A DNA stretch of 36,743 nt from Pseudomonadota bacterium (GCA_046724315.1 JBKOWI010000067.1:1-36743), one strand, 5' to 3'; positions 1-9,710 are shown, numbered from the stretch's first letter. The notes: generated by a model not told the origin, from the letters alone. Made by a program: numbers and translations.

Positions 1-259
1 CATGCCTGCACGATTCCGGCCGACATTATCAACAACATCGTCGAGACATTCGACGAGCCGGACGACAGATTTGAAAGCGAATTCACCAAGGTCACCAATG
101 GCAAATTGCGAGTCACGCCGGAGCCCGATCCTCAGACCCCGTTACTGCACTCGAACCAGGCTCATATACCGATTTCGACGCTTGCGTCATGGTGGAGAAC
201 AAGGAGGCGGTCTTCTATCAAGACTACAAAGCATGGGGCGGTCTCGCCTTTTGGGGCAG
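1..259 (+). pseudogene. Probable degraded fragment of an unknown, possibly beta-rich protein, entering from the left edge
   Basis: Frame 1 is open from base 1 (HACTIPADIINNIVETFDEPDDRFESEFTKVTNGKLRVTPEPD). Protein-like sequence continues in frame 3 (VTALEPGSYTDFDACVMVENKEAVFYQDYKAWGGLAFWG), implying a frameshift near 130-140, and then breaks off. Confidence 0.35.
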
Positions 260-358
260 TATGTGGTGTTGAAGGCATTCGCCGGGCGCTTTCGCGAGAT
301 CAATGCCGCGGTTGCCGTCATCGCCGCCGCCTTCCTGCTCAAGCTGATCTTCGCCTGA
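260..358 (+). pseudogene. C-terminal stub resembling an NCS2/AzgA-family nucleobase permease
   Basis: Frame 2 reads YVVLKAFAGRFREINAAVAVIAAAFLLKLIFA*, matching the Y-x-x-LK...GR..EI...hydrophobic-helix end I recall for AzgA/PbuG-type permeases. Nothing permease-like lies upstream in frame. Confidence 0.5.
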
Positions 359-428
359 CTGGGCCTTGTAAGACCCTGTCCCGCTCGCTATGAGGGTCGC
401 AGGCTTAGCCTTTAGCCTAGTGAGCAGC

Positions 429-746
429 ATGGACACCGAAACTCCCAAGGAACCGCCGCGTCACGGCGCCAGCATGCTGAGCGTGTTCATCACCTCGCTT
501 AGCGCCGCCATTGTGGTAGCCGGCGGCTTCGGCATCGTGGTTGAGGCGTTCGTTTTTGCCGCCGCCAACTATTTCGGCCTTAGTCATATCTTCGTCTATG
601 CCGGAAGCGCCGCCAATGCGGCCGCGACGGCATGGCTTGCCGCCTGGACCTTTGCCCGGTCTTGGCATGTAGAGCGACGCCTCAGGGCGGGGCTTGAAGT
701 CGACGAGCCTAAGGTGTCGATCCTCGCCAATTTGCGTGGTTCTTAG
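429..746 (+). CDS. Small hypothetical membrane protein (about two TM helices)
   Basis: ORF 390..746, ATG at 429 preferred. Two hydrophobic stretches and a charged C-tail (WHVERRLRAGLEVDEP). Confidence 0.65.
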   Translation: MDTETPKEPPRHGASMLSVFITSLSAAIVVAGGFGIVVEAFVFAAANYFGLSHIFVYAGSAANAAATAWLAAWTFARSWHVERRLRAGLEVDEPKVSILANLRGS

Positions 747-856
747 CTCGGATGGGCCCTAGCCAGGCGACCAGTCAAGGACGCAATTCTTCGCATGCGG
801 CCTGAAATAAAAGTCCTTATGCTCTACGCAAAGCAACAAGACTGGGGGTAGGTGCA

Positions 857-1576
857 ATGTCGATTTGGGGCAAGCTCGCAGGTGCCGCCGCGGGGCTCGC
901 GATCGGGGGACCGATCGGGGCGCTGCTCGGCGGCGTGGCAGGACACTACGTCATCGATCGCGACAAGGAGCAGGACGGGCCTGCCGAGAACCAGGTGGCC
1001 TTCACGGTGGGCGTAATCGCACTCGGTGCCAAGATGGCCAAGGCAGACGGCGTCGTCACCATGGACGAGGTCAACGCCTTCAAGGAAGTGTTCAAGGTCC
1101 CAGAGGGCGAGATGAAGAACGTCGCCCGGGTGTTCAACCTCGCCAAGCAAGACGTGGCCGGCTACGAAGCTTATGCCGAGCAACTCGCCACCATGTTCAA
1201 AGGCAATCGGAAGCTGCTTGAAGACGTGCTCGACGGCTTGTTCCACATCGCCAAGGCAGACGAGCAGCTTCATCCCAAGGAAGAGCAATTCCTCGCCGGT
1301 GTCGCCAAGCGTTTCGGCATGACCGATACCGAGTTCGCCTATATCAAGGCGCGCCACGTCATCGCTTCCAAGCGCAATCCTTACGATGTGCTGGGGATCA
1401 AGCCCTCCATCAGCAATGAGGAGCTGAAGAGCCAGTACCGCAAGCTCATCGCCGAGAACCATCCCGACAAGCTGATCGCGCGCGGCGTGCCCAAGGAGTT
1501 CGTGTCGCTCGCCACCGAGAAGGTCGCCGCCATCAACGAGGCCTACGACCAGATCGCTAAAGAACGCCGGATCTAG
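857..1576 (+). CDS. djlA: DjlA-like co-chaperone (N-terminal membrane anchor, TerB-like domain, C-terminal J domain)
   Basis: MSIWGKLAGAAAGLAIGGPIGALLG N-terminus, AKMAKADG TerB-like motif, NPYDVLG...HPDKL J-domain motif. Confidence 0.9.
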   Translation: MSIWGKLAGAAAGLAIGGPIGALLGGVAGHYVIDRDKEQDGPAENQVAFTVGVIALGAKMAKADGVVTMDEVNAFKEVFKVPEGEMKNVARVFNLAKQDVAGYEAYAEQLATMFKGNRKLLEDVLDGLFHIAKADEQLHPKEEQFLAGVAKRFGMTDTEFAYIKARHVIASKRNPYDVLGIKPSISNEELKSQYRKLIAENHPDKLIARGVPKEFVSLATEKVAAINEAYDQIAKERRI

Positions 1577-1604
1577 CTCTTTGGCGCCCTGACGTTGGAT
1601 TGAG

Positions 1605-1702
1605 GTCATTCCCGCGCATGCAGGAATCCAGTAATCACTGGCCCGCATTTTTTTATTGGCGCTGGAGAATACTGGGATTGCGCTGTCAAGCCGGGCAATG
1701 AC
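1605..1702. repeat. Palindromic REP-like intergenic element (head-to-head dimer)
   Basis: Outer inverted ends GTCATTCCC...GGGCAATGAC and inner inverted pair CCAGTAATC/GAATACTGG. Related to elements at 23797 and 35525. Confidence 0.7.
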
Positions 1703-1714
1703 ACCGCAAGTGAA

Positions 1715-2482
1715 ATGACCGCAGCACCTGACAGCAAGCTCGCCACGTTATGGTGCCCGTCGCCCAATCGCGACCAGCGCGCCAACGGCCGCGCGCCCGA
1801 CATGCTCATCCTGCATTACACCGGTATGGAGTCGTCAGACGCCGCGCTCGATTGGCTGACCCGCGAGGAGGCGAAGGTCTCGGCGCACTACCTCATCGAC
1901 GAGGAAGGGCGGGTCGCGCAGATCGTGGCAGAATCTGAGCGCGCCTGGCATGCCGGGCAGAGCCGCTGGGCGGGAGAGACCGACCTCAATTCCTGCTCGA
2001 TCGGCATCGAGATCCATAATCCCGGCCACGACTTCGACTATCCCGATTTCGCCGGACCTGAGATGCAGGCGGTCGAGGCCCTTTGCCTCGACATCCTGTG
2101 CCGCCACGCCATTCCGCCAGACCGAGTGCTTGCCCACTCGGACATTGCCCCTGGCCGAAAGCGCGACCCCGGCGAGAAGTTCGATTGGCAGAGGCTTGCG
2201 CGGGCCGGCATCGGGCTTTGGGTCGAGCCGGCGCCGCTTGGCAACGATCAAGGTCTCGGCCCCGGTGATGAAGGCGAAAGCGTCGCCAAGCTCCAGCGCG
2301 CACTTCTCGAATACGGCTATGGGGTGGAAGTCACCTCGACCTATGGCACGGGTCTCGAGAAGGTGGTCGAAGCCTTCCAGCGCCATTTCAGGCCCGCGCG
2401 GGTCGATGGGCGCGCAGATTTGTCGAGCCGTGACACGCTGGCGCGCCTGCTCGATGCTCGGCTCGCAAATCAGGCAGGCTGA
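1715..2482 (+). CDS. N-acetylmuramoyl-L-alanine amidase (Amidase_2, AmpD/AmiD-like) with C-terminal peptidoglycan-binding domain
   Basis: SPN, LILHYT, VSAHY, RAWHAG, SIGIE, AHSD and RKRDPG motifs. C-terminal LQ..L..YGY...AFQRHF PG-binding domain. Confidence 0.93.
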   Translation: MTAAPDSKLATLWCPSPNRDQRANGRAPDMLILHYTGMESSDAALDWLTREEAKVSAHYLIDEEGRVAQIVAESERAWHAGQSRWAGETDLNSCSIGIEIHNPGHDFDYPDFAGPEMQAVEALCLDILCRHAIPPDRVLAHSDIAPGRKRDPGEKFDWQRLARAGIGLWVEPAPLGNDQGLGPGDEGESVAKLQRALLEYGYGVEVTSTYGTGLEKVVEAFQRHFRPARVDGRADLSSRDTLARLLDARLANQAG

Positions 2483-2493
2483 AGGAAAAGCCG

Positions 2494-3585
2494 TCAGTTG
2501 GTGACGTCGAAATCCACGCCCTCGAATGTATAGCGAGGCTGTTGCGTCCAGATGCCGTCCTCCTGCACCGGGACCTTGTGGATCTTGACGTTGTCGACTT
2601 CGAGCTTGCCGGACTTCTGGTTCACCCAGAAATCGATGTCGTAATACTCGTCCTTGCTGCCGGGCTTCCTGAAGTCGGTGCAGACGAAATACTCGCCTTC
2701 CTTCTTGAGGTGCCGCACCGGCTGGTGAATCTCGACGAAGTCGAGCGGCAGAGTCTCCCCGGTCTTGTCGTCCTTGATCTCAAGCGCGCCGGTGGCGTCC
2801 TTGTGCGTCGCGATGTAGCTGTGGATCGCGCTCATCACCTGCCAAGCGCGGGTCACTTCCATGTCGCCGGGATGTTCCTGCACCGGAAGCCACCACCAGG
2901 CGACCGGCATGCGCGTCACCATGTAATAGCTGTCGCCGTCCTGCTTCGGGCCTTTCTGCACCCTGATATCCATCAAGGTGAGTTGATCGCCTCCAGGTTT
3001 GAACCAGAAGTCGATGGCGTATTGCTTCTTGGCCTCGTCCTTTTCGTGGAAGATGACATTGGCGAACCAGCCATAGCCTTCCATGCCGCGCACCGCCTTG
3101 ATTTGCTCGTAGATGAGGTTCAGGTCGGCATCGAGCTTCGGGTCGTGGAACACGAAGGCGTCGTCCTTCGAGCGCTCGGTGATCACCTCTTGCACTCGCT
3201 TGTTGACGTCGTCCTCGGTGAATTCTTTGGTAGCCTTTCCTGCTGAGGCCTGCTTCGCAGCGAAGAACTCGCGCGCCTTCTGGAGATTGCCGGAAGGGTC
3301 CTTGAGGAAAGCAGCCTTGGAGTCCTCCGACGAAAAGCAGTAAACGCGCCCGTCGCTGTCTTTCCAGTTCACCGAACAATCGGTCTTCGACAACTGCCCT
3401 GAGGCAAGACCTTCCGTGCAGAAATTGTCGAACTCGCCTTTGGCCGGGGCGGGCGTCATCGACTGGTTGGCGGGCGATTGGTCGGCAGCCTGCGCCTGAG
3501 CTGCGATGCCGAAGCTGAGCGCCACCGCTACCGCCGCCAAACGCGCCAGCGAAGCGAAGAACCGGATAAACAAAATGTGTCGCAT
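2494..3585 (-). CDS. Uncharacterised secreted protein: signal peptide, YHS-like Cys-containing domain and two tandem copies of an unknown domain
   Basis: 363-aa ORF with signal peptide ending AQA|A. DGRVYCFSSEDSKAAFLKDP is YHS-like. Internal repeat Y-x-IDFW occurs twice. Confidence 0.85.
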   Translation of the reverse strand: MRHILFIRFFASLARLAAVAVALSFGIAAQAQAADQSPANQSMTPAPAKGEFDNFCTEGLASGQLSKTDCSVNWKDSDGRVYCFSSEDSKAAFLKDPSGNLQKAREFFAAKQASAGKATKEFTEDDVNKRVQEVITERSKDDAFVFHDPKLDADLNLIYEQIKAVRGMEGYGWFANVIFHEKDEAKKQYAIDFWFKPGGDQLTLMDIRVQKGPKQDGDSYYMVTRMPVAWWWLPVQEHPGDMEVTRAWQVMSAIHSYIATHKDATGALEIKDDKTGETLPLDFVEIHQPVRHLKKEGEYFVCTDFRKPGSKDEYYDIDFWVNQKSGKLEVDNVKIHKVPVQEDGIWTQQPRYTFEGVDFDVTN

Positions 3586-3629
3586 AATAGGAATTCCTTG
3601 GACGCCTTTTTTTAGCTTCTTGCTTATTC

Positions 3630-3672
3630 GTTATAGCCTTTTGAGGCATGAAAATATGTAACCCAAGTCACG
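3630..3672 (-). promoter_or_regulatory. Class II Crp/Fnr-activated promoter for the 2494..3585 gene
   Basis: TGTAA-N6-TCACG at 3657-3672 (CRP consensus TGTGA-N6-TCACA). Minus-strand -10 TATAAC at 3635-3630. The box centre falls at -41.5 if +1 is about 3623. Confidence 0.7.
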
Positions 3673-3704
3673 CACGAAGCCCAGGATGGACGGGACTCCC
3701 CGCG

Positions 3705-4388
3705 TCACGTCGCCTCTCCCCCGCCATAACTTGCCAGCGCCGACCGGTTAGTGACTTCGATCGATCCCCGAGAGGCATGCACCCAGCCCATGCGCTCCCA
3801 TTCGGCAAGGTAGCGGCTGATCACCTCGCGGACACTACCGAGATCGAGCGCGAGCTGCTGGTGGGTCTTGGCCACCACGCCTTGCGCGTTGGCCTCGGCC
3901 AGGAGCCGCCGGGCGAGCCTTAGATCGAGGCTGGCGAAAGCCACCTCGTCGACGAGCGTGATGAGGCTCGACAGCAAGTCTCCGTAATTATCGAGAACGA
4001 ATTTGCGGAAGCGCGGAGATTCGACCATCAGCCGATGAAACGCCCTTGCCGGCAGCGCGGCGTGCAGCACGTCGGTCTCTGCGGTGCTCTCCGCCGGGAA
4101 GGGACTGCCCGCCATCAGGCAGGAGGTAGTGAGCACGCAAGTCTCCCCGGGGCCAACTTGATAGAGCAGGATCTCACGTCCGGACTCCGAAGTCTTGAAC
4201 ACCCGCGTCTGGCCTTCGATGCACATCACGTAAGCCTGGCATTGCTGGCCTTGGCGATAAGCAATGTCGCCCTCACGGAGCCGGTTGAATTGCGTGGCAC
4301 CGAGCAGCTCCGCACGATGCGGTTCATCGAGCTCCGTCAGATCGGGAAAGGTCACAAGCCAGCGCGAGATCAAATCTGGATTGGGCAT
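3705..4388 (-). CDS. Crp/Fnr-family transcriptional regulator
   Basis: cNMP-binding-like domain (VFKTSESGREILLY..GPGETC) and HTH (THQQLALDLGSVREVISRYL). ATG at 4388 preferred over 4478. Confidence 0.93.
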   Translation of the reverse strand: MPNPDLISRWLVTFPDLTELDEPHRAELLGATQFNRLREGDIAYRQGQQCQAYVMCIEGQTRVFKTSESGREILLYQVGPGETCVLTTSCLMAGSPFPAESTAETDVLHAALPARAFHRLMVESPRFRKFVLDNYGDLLSSLITLVDEVAFASLDLRLARRLLAEANAQGVVAKTHQQLALDLGSVREVISRYLAEWERMGWVHASRGSIEVTNRSALASYGGGEAT

Positions 4389-4579
4389 TGGCGATACACC
4401 ATTTCGCACCCACCGCGCCCCGAAGATCGCGACGGCTCGAAAAGCCCAGAAGAGGGGGCCCGGGCACGGCCGGTCCACATAGATATGGTATGGGAACAGG
4501 CGCCAAAGAAGCTATCAAAATGCCGTTACGCGCCGGCAACCATCGCCGCGGAAAAGCCCGATAATCAAGGGCTCGGCTG

Positions 4580-4611
4580 CTTGACGGAACCTCGCCAAAG
4601 TCCCTTATTAC
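4580..4611 (+). promoter_or_regulatory. Putative sigma70 promoter of rnpB
   Basis: CTTGAC at 4580-4585 and AT-rich CTTATTA at 4604-4610, just before the RNA 5' end. Confidence 0.55.
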
Positions 4612-4614
4612 CCC

Positions 4615-5023
<409 letters not shown>

Positions 5024-5029
5024 CGATAT

Positions 5030-5071
5030 GGCCGGTGCGAGGGTGCCCCCTTCGCGCCGGCCTCCAATTTT
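5030..5071 (+). terminator. Hairpin terminator after rnpB
   Basis: GGCCGGTGCGAGGG...CCCTTCGCGCCGGCC stem followed by TCCAATTTT. Confidence 0.65.
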
Positions 5072-5089
5072 ACGCAAGTTCCTCTTTTT

Positions 5090-5115
5090 GAAACTCCGCG
5101 ATACGCCCACGCGTT
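5090..5115 (+). promoter_or_regulatory. Putative EcfG (general stress sigma) promoter of the DUF1328 gene
   Basis: GAAAC-N17-CGTT versus consensus GGAAC-N16/17-CGTT, about 38 nt upstream of the ATG. Confidence 0.5.
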
Positions 5116-5152
5116 GAACCGAGCAGAACAGGCAAGCAAAGGAGTATTTGCC

Positions 5153-5323
5153 ATGCTTGGTTGGGCTTTAACGTTCTTGGTGATCGCTCTGATTGCGGCT
5201 GCTCTCGGCTTCGGCGGAATTGCCGGCGCCGCGGCTGGCATCGCTCAGATCATCTTCTATGTATTCCTCGTGCTGCTGTTGATATCCCTGATCATGCACT
5301 TCGCTAGGGGTACCGCGCCGTAG
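5153..5323 (+). CDS. DUF1328 (UPF0391/YtjA-like) small membrane protein
   Basis: [35 protein letters not shown] signature. SD AAGGAG upstream. Confidence 0.92.
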   Translation: MLGWALTFLVIALIAAALGFGGIAGAAAGIAQIIFYVFLVLLLISLIMHFARGTAP

Positions 5324-5443
5324 CCGTACGAGGGCTGGAACAAATAAATACCGGCGCTTTGTAGCATCGGCCTTTATCTTTCGAGCGGACATTTCAAATG
5401 CGGCTGCGCTCTAGAGTCCTCGATGGAATGACTGCTCAGCTGA

Positions 5444-6741
<1,298 letters not shown>

Positions 6742-7032
6742 GTTTGCTTCTATGTCATCTTGATGTCTGCTGTACCCACGCAGTGCGCACGGCTTTGACC
6801 GAGCCGCCCGTCTAAGCGGGAGGCTAAATCGCAATCGTCGTTACCCTTGCAGGCGTCGCCAGCGCTCCCGTGACGCTCGGTAGGACGCCGCAGGACGCGG
6901 CCGACGCGAAGCTCGCTCAATTCGTGGCCGCGGGTTGCGTGCCACTCCTGTCCCGTGCGCCAGGAGGCCCATTGACTTCAACGGGAGGCTCGCTTCAGGT
7001 CCCGGTATCACGGATCGCCTAGGCGAGGCGCG

Positions 7033-8221
7033 ATGGACGTCTTGATTTCAGGGGCCGGTATCGCCGGTCTGACGACCGCTTACTGGCTGCGCCGCTATGG
7101 GTTCGCTCCAACCATCGTCGAGCGCGCCCCATCTTTTGTGACCGGCGGCTACAAGATCGACGTGCGCGGGACGGCGCTCGACGTCCTGCGCCGGATGGGA
7201 GCGCACGATGCCGTCGTCGCGTCGAGCACCCAGATGCAGGGCGCCCTTCTCGTCGACCGCGAGGGCAATGTCATCAACCGGATGACCGGCGATGAATTTG
7301 GCCATCGGGTGGGTGGGGACCTCGAGATCGTCGCGGCAGCTATTCGAGATCCTCATGGCGAGGACGGCCGGCGTCGACGTGATATTCGGCCACGCCATCG
7401 CCTCTACCGCCCAGTCCTGTGACGGCGTTGAAGTCACGTTCCGCAACGGCGACGCCCGCACGTTCGATCTCGTAATCGGCGCCGACGGCCTCCACTCCAA
7501 TGTTCGGCGACAGATTTTCGGTGACGAGTCCCAGTACCTCCGTGACCTCGGCATGTACCTGTGCGTCTACTCTGTGCCGAACTTCCTGCATCTCGACCGT
7601 ATGGAGGTGCAGTACTCCGAGATCGGGCGTGTCGCGGCGATTTGGAGCACCCGTGATGCTGTCGACGCCAAGGCTTGCTTCGGCTTCGCCGCCCGAAATC
7701 AGCAGATCGATCTGCGCGACCGCGCTCAGCAGGAGGAGACCCTACGGACGGTCTATGCGGACGTCGGGTGGGAGGTGCCTCGCCTCCTCGAGCTGATGCC
7801 GGAGGCGCCCGATTGGTATTTTGACATCGCCGCGCAGGTCGACATGGCCACATGGGCGCGCGATCGGGTCATCCTGGTCGGCGACGCCGCCTACTGCGCC
7901 TCACCGATGTCTGGCCAGGGCTCGAGCCTTGCCCTCATCGGCGCGTACGTGCTGGCCGGTGAGCTCGCAGCCGCCGGCGGCGATCACGCCGCGGCGTTCG
8001 GCGAATATGATCGCGAAATGCGGCCGTTCATCACCGTGAACCAGGCACTCGGGATCCAGTCGGCACAGTTCATGACCCAGGATCCAGCGACTGCTCCGGT
8101 CGAGCTCTCCGGCAGCGAGATCGCGTCGGTGATCGATCGTTCCACCGACCGCATCGCGGATGCGGCGAACGCCATCACGCTGAAGAACTATTCGGCGATC
8201 ATCCCCAAGCCGAGCGGATGA
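7033..8221 (+). pseudogene. Group A FAD-dependent monooxygenase split by a frameshift near 7330-7340
   Basis: GAGIAG in frame 1, GADG and GDAAY...PMSGQG in frame 2. The junction CTC GAG ATC GT- CGC GG- CAG CTA TTC is restored to LEIVRGQLFEIL by adding two bases. Confidence 0.88.
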
Positions 8222-8244
8222 AAACGAGGGGGTGAGACAACGCC

Positions 8245-8505
8245 TTAACGTTGCGGAAGCCTATAAGCGATGACGTAATCGCCGGGCGTGGTTCCCATGA
8301 AGTGATGTCCCCCGGCCATGATGACGAGATACTGCCGGCCGATTTCATAGACCGTCGGATTGGCCTGACCGCCGGCTGGCAAAAGATCCTGCCAAAGCGT
8401 CGTTCGGGTATCGACATCGATGGCGCGGATAAGATTGTCCGTCGCCGCGGCGATGAAGACGAGCCTGGCCGCGGTGACCACCGCGCCGCCATTATTCGGC
8501 GTGCC
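8245..8505 (-). pseudogene. 3' remnant of a membrane-bound PQQ-dependent glucose/quinate/shikimate dehydrogenase
   Basis: GTPNNGGAVVTA..LVFIAAATDNLIRAID...LW...LPAGGQANP.VY...QYLVIMAGGHHFMGT.PGDYVIAYRLP is the typical C-terminus. Only about 86 codons remain. Confidence 0.88.
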
Positions 8506-8596
8506 GTTCGCCGGGTTAGCAATCGCGCAACGCAAGCTGCTCGGCGCGTGGAATCGTTTTTGCTTGGCGCGATAAGCAGAACTTATCGAAGGGCGT

Positions 8597-9529
8597 TCAG
8601 CCGCCGAGGAAGGCCTGGATCAGCTTAAGCGTCGCCTGCGGCTGCTCCTCCTGCGGCATGTGACCGCAATCCTCGACCAGACGGAAGGTCGAATTTGGCA
8701 GCGTGCGCCTGAGCTTAAGGCCCACGCCGAGCGGCACGATACGATCGTGGTCGCACCATAGGATCAGCGTTGGGATCTTGATCGAGCCGTAGCGCTCGGA
8801 GAGTTCCGACAGCCCATCGGGCACGATCTGCCGCGCGCTGTGAATGATCGCGTGCTTTCCGGCGGCGGTCTTGAGCGGGGCGGCGTAGGTCTCGACCTCG
8901 TCGGGATCGATTTTGCTGTTATCGAAATAGGCAATTCTCAGCGCGACTCTCGTCTGGACTTCCGGCGGCACCATGCTGAAACCGAGCTGCGAGACGACGG
9001 GTACATCGAGCAGGCGGAAGAAAACCGGGACGTTCTGTGGGTAGGCAATGGTGTCGAGCAACACGAGCTTGGAGATTCGGCCCTTAAGCCGGGGATCGGC
9101 TCGGAGCGCCAGCAGCAACGCCACCCCGCCGCCGAATGAGTGGCCGACCAGCGTCAGGTTACGGAGATTCTTATCGACGATGAGTTGGGCGAGAAGATCG
9201 GCCTGATCGAACACTGAATAGCGCTCGTCGAATGGTTTGTCCGATTGACCAAAGCCCTTGAGATCGACCGCGATGACCAGGTGGTCGCGGGCAAGCTCCG
9301 GCGCGATATGCCGCCATGTATAGGTACTCGCGCCAAAACCATGGATGAGGAGGAGGGGCGAGCCTTTGCCTTCCTCCTTGTAATAGAGCCTGACGGGCGC
9401 ATCGGGCGGGCCCAGCCTTGCGTAAGGACCGTACGCACTCCGCGGCGCGTCGCCCGCGCTTAAGGCACAGGAGCCGAGCGCCAGCGCTATTGCTGCAAGG
9501 CCGAGCGCAGTGAGCCCCCTCTTTGCCAT
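8597..9529 (-). CDS. Alpha/beta-fold hydrolase, predicted lipoprotein
   Basis: Start MAKRGLTALGLAAIALALGSC (lipobox LGS|C), HGFG oxyanion motif, GHSFGG nucleophile, D (HDRIVP) and H (CGHMPQEE). Confidence 0.9.
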   Translation of the reverse strand: MAKRGLTALGLAAIALALGSCALSAGDAPRSAYGPYARLGPPDAPVRLYYKEEGKGSPLLLIHGFGASTYTWRHIAPELARDHLVIAVDLKGFGQSDKPFDERYSVFDQADLLAQLIVDKNLRNLTLVGHSFGGGVALLLALRADPRLKGRISKLVLLDTIAYPQNVPVFFRLLDVPVVSQLGFSMVPPEVQTRVALRIAYFDNSKIDPDEVETYAAPLKTAAGKHAIIHSARQIVPDGLSELSERYGSIKIPTLILWCDHDRIVPLGVGLKLRRTLPNSTFRLVEDCGHMPQEEQPQATLKLIQAFLGG

Positions 9530-9685
9530 GCGCCGCAAAATCCTGGGTCCCTCGTCGTCATAAGAACCGAGCGCTGCCGCCAGCAGTTCCGGTCTCTGCG
9601 TGCCAAGTGAATCAGTGGCGCCCTTCGCGCCGGCCGGTCTTTCCTCGTTGTAACCCGCTCGGAACTCGAGCGGCAACGAGCGTGG

Positions 9686-9710
9686 TTAACCAAAAGTAAA
9701 GCGGCATTAA
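9686..9710. promoter_or_regulatory. Overlapping CtrA-like boxes
   Basis: TTAA-N7-TAAA (9686-9700, reading TTTA-N7-TTAAC on the minus strand) and GTAA-N7-TTAA (9696-9710). Consensus TTAA-N7-TTAA(C). Confidence 0.55.

Noticed and set aside
2494-3585. Selenoprotein (YHS selenoprotein family)
   Set aside because: No in-frame TGA inside the ORF, and the terminal stop abuts the convergent amidase gene, so there is no sign of read-through.
6829-7022. Open frame IAIVVTLAGVASAPVTLG... between the aquaporin and the monooxygenase
   Set aside because: No start codon after the preceding stop and no recognisable homology. It may be eroded DNA but cannot be supported.
7325-7345. Programmed ribosomal frameshift in the monooxygenase
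   Set aside because: No slippery heptamer or homopolymer. Two separate single-base losses restore the conserved E-I-x-R-G-x-L motif more simply.
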